A stretch of 63,820 nucleotides of DNA, the filler included. It is 6 parts of 6 records of this genome, joined end to end, with 100 filler letters (N's around TTAATTAATTAA, not from the genome) between each part and the next. Parts side by side here need not be neighbours in the genome. Positions count along the whole stretch, not along the records: positions 52,536 to 63,820 come from SRR31156797_4530; 5 more parts are not named here. One strand, written 5' to 3'. Below, in pieces: positions 59,107 through 63,820 of this stretch. The notes under the pieces are model-generated. The model ran no database searches and had not been told where the DNA came from. It saw nothing but the letters and a program-made list of their open reading frames with translations. Positions within the stretch are counted from its first letter, which is position 1. The number at the start of each line of letters is the position of its first letter. Both the position numbers and the translations under genes were made by a program.

Positions 59107-60771
59107 ATGCTGGCTCATTTAAGCGTAAACAACTTTGCTATTGTGAAATCTTTGCAACTTGAGCTTTCACAAGGAATGACAACGATTACAGGTGAAACCG
59201 GTGCAGGTAAATCTATCGCAATTGATGCGTTGGGTTTGTGTCTTGGTGGTCGCTCAGAAGCCAGTATGGTAAGGCAAGGTGAAGATAAAACCGAAGTCAG
59301 TGCCTCATTTAATTTAGACAATAATATTCAAGCGACACGCTGGCTTGAAGATAACGATTTACTCGATGGCAATGACTGTATTCTGCGTCGAACCATCACC
59401 AAAGAAGGTCGCTCTAGAGCTTTTATTAATGGCAGTCCTGTTCCTGGCTCTCAGCTAAAAGCGTTAGGTCAACTGTTGATCAATATTCACGGTCAGCACG
59501 CTCATCAACAACTGATGAAACCAGATCAACAACTCGCGATGTTAGACCAATACGCTAATCATACTAATTTGTTAAAAAATACCCGTGTCTCCTACCAGAA
59601 TTGGCGCCAAGCAAACAACCAGCTTACGCAACTAAAAGAAAACCGTCAGCAGAATCAAGCTCAGCTTCAGTTGTTGGAATACCAGATTAAAGAACTGAAC
59701 GAACTGGCCATTGGTGAAGAAGAGTATGTAGAAATAGAGCAGGAACATAAGCGCCTCACCAACAGTGGCGACTTAGCACTGAACTGCCAAAAAGCGATCA
59801 CCCTGATAGACGAAGGGGAAGAAGTAAACGCACTTAGCCTTCTGCAATCCACCAGCCATACATTAATCGAACTGGCTGAAATGGATAACACACTATCAGC
59901 GTTACCAAACATGATTTCTGAAGCCATTATTCAGCTTGAAGAAGCAAACAATGAACTACGCAGCTACCTAGATAGTATTGATGTCGACCCAGAGCGTATG
60001 GCTTTTGTGGAAGAGCGTTATTCAAAGATCATGTCTCTATCACGTAAGCACCATGTTCTGCCTGAAGAGCTGTATCAACACCATCAGGATCTACTCAAAC
60101 AAATTGAGCAACTGGATAGTTCTGATGAAAAATTGGCAGAAATGGAAGCTGATGTTGAGAAGCAATATCAAGCATTCCTGACTCAAGCTGAAAAGCTCAA
60201 TAAATCACGCAGTCGTTATGCAAAAGAACTCGACAAACTGATTAGCCAAAGCATGCACGAACTGAGCATGGAAAAAGCGCAATTTAAAATTGATATTAAT
60301 AGCCAAAGCGATCACCCATCGCCGTTAGGTATTGATTCCGTGACATTCTTAGTATCAACCAACCCAGGCCAGCCTCTGCAACCTATCGCTAAAGTTGCCT
60401 CTGGTGGTGAACTGTCACGTATTTCTCTCGCGATTCAGGTAATCACCGCTCAGAAAGTAGATACTCCGAGCCTGATTTTTGATGAAGTGGATGTGGGTAT
60501 TTCAGGCCCAACCGCCGCCGTTGTGGGTCGTATGCTGCGTAAACTAGGTGAATCAACCCAGGTTCTGTGTGTTACTCACTTGCCTCAAGTTGCGGGTTGC
60601 GGTCACAACCAGATGTTTGTAGCGAAACAAACCAAAGCCGGAAAGACAGAAACACAGATGATGAAACTCGATAATGATCAGCGCGTCTCTGAGTTAGCTC
60701 GCCTATTAGGTGGCAGCCAAATTACTGAATCCACTCTGGCAAACGCAAAAGAATTACTGATTGCAGCTTAG
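59107..60771 (+). CDS. recN: DNA repair protein RecN
   Basis: [24 protein letters not shown] and VTHLPQVA. Confidence 0.97.
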   Translation: MLAHLSVNNFAIVKSLQLELSQGMTTITGETGAGKSIAIDALGLCLGGRSEASMVRQGEDKTEVSASFNLDNNIQATRWLEDNDLLDGNDCILRRTITKEGRSRAFINGSPVPGSQLKALGQLLINIHGQHAHQQLMKPDQQLAMLDQYANHTNLLKNTRVSYQNWRQANNQLTQLKENRQQNQAQLQLLEYQIKELNELAIGEEEYVEIEQEHKRLTNSGDLALNCQKAITLIDEGEEVNALSLLQSTSHTLIELAEMDNTLSALPNMISEAIIQLEEANNELRSYLDSIDVDPERMAFVEERYSKIMSLSRKHHVLPEELYQHHQDLLKQIEQLDSSDEKLAEMEADVEKQYQAFLTQAEKLNKSRSRYAKELDKLISQSMHELSMEKAQFKIDINSQSDHPSPLGIDSVTFLVSTNPGQPLQPIAKVASGGELSRISLAIQVITAQKVDTPSLIFDEVDVGISGPTAAVVGRMLRKLGESTQVLCVTHLPQVAGCGHNQMFVAKQTKAGKTETQMMKLDNDQRVSELARLLGGSQITESTLANAKELLIAA

Positions 60772-60937
60772 ATAAATGGTGTAAACACACAAAAATAGGA
60801 TTTTTTTGTCTACTGTTTGCAACCAAACTCAAAATTCGTAGTCTCAATAGTCTCAAAGCGATTTGATGTTTTTACATTCGCTTTGAGCTTGTTTATTATC
60901 TTGCGAGTTTTGATTTACGGTTTAAAGAATTTTGAAT

Positions 60938-61297
60938 ATGCAGTTTACCAAGTGGCTAATCGCCATTCCCCTTGCAGTGACAACTTTGTCTGGCTGCTCG
61001 TTACTAGAACGATTGGTTTATCGAATCGACATTAATCAAGGCAATTACGTTGAACAGGAAGCCGTAGACCAACTGAAATTTGGTATGTCTAAAGAACAAG
61101 TACGTTTTGTTCTGGGTTCACCTATGCTGATCGAAAATGGCTACCCTGACACTTGGTACTACATTTATCACCATACTGAAGGCCACAAAGATTCCATTCA
61201 GAAGAACCTAATCGTGAAGTTTAACCCTGAAGGTTCACTGACTAATGTTACAGGTGACTTCCCAGCAGGTTCATCTTTCTTCGAAGGCATCAACTAA
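60938..61297 (+). CDS. bamE: Outer-membrane assembly lipoprotein BamE
   Basis: LSGC lipobox, YRIDINQGN and [14 protein letters not shown]. Confidence 0.93.
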   Translation: MQFTKWLIAIPLAVTTLSGCSLLERLVYRIDINQGNYVEQEAVDQLKFGMSKEQVRFVLGSPMLIENGYPDTWYYIYHHTEGHKDSIQKNLIVKFNPEGSLTNVTGDFPAGSSFFEGIN

Positions 61298-61344
61298 ATA
61301 CGTCTTTCTCAGAACCTGATGACTTGCCAATAGTTGAACGGATA

Positions 61345-61380
61345 ACAAAAAGAGCTTGGTAAAAACCAAGCTCTTTTTGT
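61345..61380. terminator. Bidirectional intrinsic terminator
   Basis: acaaaaagagcttggt...accaagctctttttgt. Confidence 0.8.
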
Positions 61381-61487
61381 ATTTATACCAATCTAGATAA
61401 GTTAATGTTCAGATAATTGCTTAGAAAAAACGCTAATAACTGCGTTTTTAGCAAGCAAGAATGAGCAGAAACTTATGTAGATTGGTA

Positions 61488-61805
61488 CTATTTAGCTTTA
61501 GCAGCCGCTTCAGCTCTTTGCTGCTCTACCCGCTTACGACGGATTTCTTTTGGATCTGCCAATAGCGGACGGTAAATTTCAATTCTGTCTCGATCACGCA
61601 CTGTCGAATCGAGTTTCACGTTACGGCTGAATACCCCGACCTTATTCTCTTTCAAGTCAATTTCAGGGTACAACGATAAAATGCCTGACGTTTTAATGAT
61701 CTCTTCCACTGTCATGCTTTTATTCACCACAAGGTTCAGAACACGCTGCTCTTGAGGGAGTGCATAAACAACATCAACATGAATCATGTCAGATTCGATA
61801 CTCAT
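61488..61805 (-). CDS. ratB: RnfH/RatB (YfjF) ubiquitin-like protein
   Basis: VVYALP...[17 protein letters not shown]. Confidence 0.9.
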   Translation of the reverse strand: MSIESDMIHVDVVYALPQEQRVLNLVVNKSMTVEEIIKTSGILSLYPEIDLKENKVGVFSRNVKLDSTVRDRDRIEIYRPLLADPKEIRRKRVEQQRAEAAAKAK

Positions 61806-62236
61806 AACTGGTAAACCTGCTTAGCTCGTTTCGTGAAAGCATTAACCATATTGCTGGTTAACTCATTAAAGATCTTACCAAAAGCTAACTCAATCATCTT
61901 GCTTGAGAACTCAAACTCTAATTTCAGTTCAACTTTGCAAGCCTGTTCATCAAGCGGTGTAAAATGCCAGCCACCGCGTAAAGTTTTAAATGGTCCATCA
62001 ATCAGGTTCATAATAATAGCCTGACCAGGAAGCAGTTCATTTGACGTAGTAAACGTTTTGCTAATACCTGCTTTAGACACATCTACAGACGCGACCATCA
62101 TCTCTTCAGACGATTCCAAAACACGAGTGCCTGAACACCCAGGTAAAAACTCTGGATAGCGAGCGACATCATTTACTAAATGAAACATCTGCTCTGCACT
62201 AAACGACACCAACGCAGAACGACTAATTTGTTTCAT
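61802..62236 (-). CDS. ratA: RatA/PasT (Coq10-like START protein)
   Basis: [20 protein letters not shown] and [10 protein letters not shown]. Confidence 0.92.
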   Translation of the reverse strand: MKQISRSALVSFSAEQMFHLVNDVARYPEFLPGCSGTRVLESSEEMMVASVDVSKAGISKTFTTSNELLPGQAIIMNLIDGPFKTLRGGWHFTPLDEQACKVELKLEFEFSSKMIELAFGKIFNELTSNMVNAFTKRAKQVYQL

Positions 62237-62408
62237 CTTTTCTCCTCATCCTTATCCAGACAATCTGGTTTGGCTTGATTGTACTGTCATACTATTGTCA
62301 CCTCAAGTTCACTATCGAATAGGACTTGTGAGTGAACGCAGTTAACCGTATGCTTACGCAAAGAAAAGCGTTTCCTAACACTCCACCAATCCGTATAATG
62401 CGCCCACT

Positions 62409-62894
62409 ATGGTAAAGAAAAAATCAAAAACAAAAGCGGGTAGCAACACTATCGCGCTTAACAAAAAAGCTCGCCATGAATACTTTATCGAAGATGAAGT
62501 AGAAGCAGGGCTTGAGCTACAAGGCTGGGAAGTTAAATCTCTTCGTCAAGGCAAAGCTAATATCGCTGAAAGTTATGTGTTCATGCGTGACGGAGAAGCT
62601 TTTGTTTCCGGTATGACAATTACTCCTCTTCAACAAGCATCAACGCACGTAGTCGCCAACCCGACGCGTGTTCGTAAACTGCTTTTAAGCCGTCGTGAAC
62701 TGGATAACCTATTTGGTCGTATCAACCGAGAAGGTATGACTTTGACTGCGTTATCACTTTACTGGTCTCGTTCTTGGGTAAAACTCAAAGTCGGCGTTTC
62801 TAAAGGTAAAAAGCTTCACGACAAACGTGATGATTTAAAAGATAAAGATTGGCAACGCCAAAAAGCTCGCGTAATGAAGAGCTCGTTGCGTTAA
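62409..62894 (+). CDS. smpB: SsrA-binding protein
   Basis: [18 protein letters not shown] and GKKLHDKR. Confidence 0.97.
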   Translation: MVKKKSKTKAGSNTIALNKKARHEYFIEDEVEAGLELQGWEVKSLRQGKANIAESYVFMRDGEAFVSGMTITPLQQASTHVVANPTRVRKLLLSRRELDNLFGRINREGMTLTALSLYWSRSWVKLKVGVSKGKKLHDKRDDLKDKDWQRQKARVMKSSLR

Positions 62895-62960
62895 TCTTAA
62901 CCAAACAGACGCACAGTGCTAGACAGGCAATGCTTTTCTGGTACTATGCATTCATACCTT

Positions 62961-63328
62961 GGGGCTGATTCTGGATTCGACGGGAATTTTGAAGTCTGAG
63001 GTGCATGCCGAGGTGCGGTAGGCCTCGTTAACAAACCGCAAAAAAATAGTCGCAAACGACGAAAACTACGCACTAGCAGCTTAATACCCTGCTGAGAGCT
63101 CTCTCGCCCTAGCTTCCGCACGTAAGACGGGGAATAACGAGAGATCAAACCCAAACGCGCTAGCCCGGATTCTCCTGCCTGAGAGATGAACGGCGAATTA
63201 TAATTCAGGCTAGTCATTCATTAGCGTGTCGATTCGCAGGTGGGTGGCGAAATTAAAGATCGACTAAGCATGTAGTACCAATGATGAATGATTTTCGGAC
63301 GCGGGTTCAAATCCCGCCAGCTCCACCA
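62961..63328 (+). ncRNA. ssrA: tmRNA
   Basis: 5' GGGGCTGATTCTGGATTCGAC; tag ANDENYALAA* (63052-63084); 3' ...CCCGCCAGCTCCACCA. Confidence 0.98.
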
Positions 63329-63337
63329 AACGTTTGG

Positions 63338-63372
63338 AAAGGGCGATAACTCTTAGAGTTATCGCCCTTTTT
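63338..63372 (+). terminator. Terminator after ssrA
   Basis: aaagggcgataactc-tta-gagttatcgccctttt. Confidence 0.85.
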
Positions 63373-63424
63373 GTATTTTAACAATCAATATCTAAGCTGT
63401 TTGTACTAAAAATTGGTACTAAAC

Positions 63425-63798
63425 ATGCGATATTTGACCTTATCAAAATCAGGTAACTGGTATTTCCGATATCAGCTTCCTCACCAACAACGTCCTCTAT
63501 TTGAAAACAGATCTGAAATAAAAAGATCGCTTAAGACATCTTGTAAGCACGAAGCTAAGCTTTTAGCCCTTGAGTTAGAGCTATCCATTAGAAAGAAAGT
63601 GATAGGCCAGCTCTCACGGAATGAACTTTGGTCAGTGTCAAAGCCATCAGCCATAGAAAAGAAAGCGACAAAGCCCGATACATGCCCATTTTCAATACTC
63701 GAAAAGTTTTACCTATATAAGCTAGACCACGTCTCCCCCAAAAACCGCAGATAGCCTAAAGGCTCAGTGCACCACGATTTTAAGTCTCATTGAATAGC
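63425..63798 (+). pseudogene. Disrupted N-terminal part of an island tyrosine integrase (DUF6538-like arm domain)
   Basis: GNWYFRYQLP...RSEIKRSLKTS..EAK.LA; the ORF stops at 63754, and a shifted frame (VSPKTADSLKAQCTTILSLIE) also stops soon after; directly downstream of ssrA. Confidence 0.55.
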
Positions 63799-63820
63799 CA
63801 CCGACTTGATAGACACCTTT

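Noticed and set aside
62897-63217. 106-aa minus-strand ORF
   Set aside because: Antisense to tmRNA; spurious.

Overview
The window is not one locus. It is six unrelated contigs joined by 100-nt N-spacers that each carry TTAATTAATTAA (stops in all six frames). (1) 1-15900, low-GC, Bacteroidota-like: an integron-like gene-cassette array. Five attC-like sites delimit four cassettes, and each cassette start (GTT...) is the exact reverse complement of the inverse core (...AAC) that ends its cargo. The cassettes are an erythromycin-esterase-family gene, a ~9.95-kb module (periplasmic-sensor/AraC regulator, three GH43 glycosidases and a helical protein), McrBC, and a HigBA-like toxin-antitoxin pair. 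Only the two large cassettes also contain a second, different palindromic element (GCACATT...AAAGAGC hairpin), one copy on each side of the cargo genes. This nested arrangement is the best candidate for an undescribed system. No integrase is on the contig. (2) 16001-24780, Desulfobacterota-like: sigma54-promoted opine-dehydrogenase/HCN-synthase-like flavoprotein trio, Rid protein, polar amino-acid ABC transporter and a sigma54 activator. (3) 24881-31061, Campylobacterota-like housekeeping genes (rpiB, HD protein, bioD, pgbA-like, glcD, yihY, fliP). (4) 31162-43442, high-GC Alphaproteobacteria-like: RraA/HMG aldolase, two TTT transporters, LysR, sulfatase, urtAB. (5) 43543-52435, Desulfobacterota-like surface-polysaccharide genes interrupted by an S74-domain protein and a subtilase. 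(6) 52536-63820, Vibrio-like: dnaK, grpE, nadK, an inserted tna operon, recN, bamE, ratAB, smpB, tmRNA and a broken island integrase. All taxonomic and functional calls come from motif recognition by eye; no searches were run.
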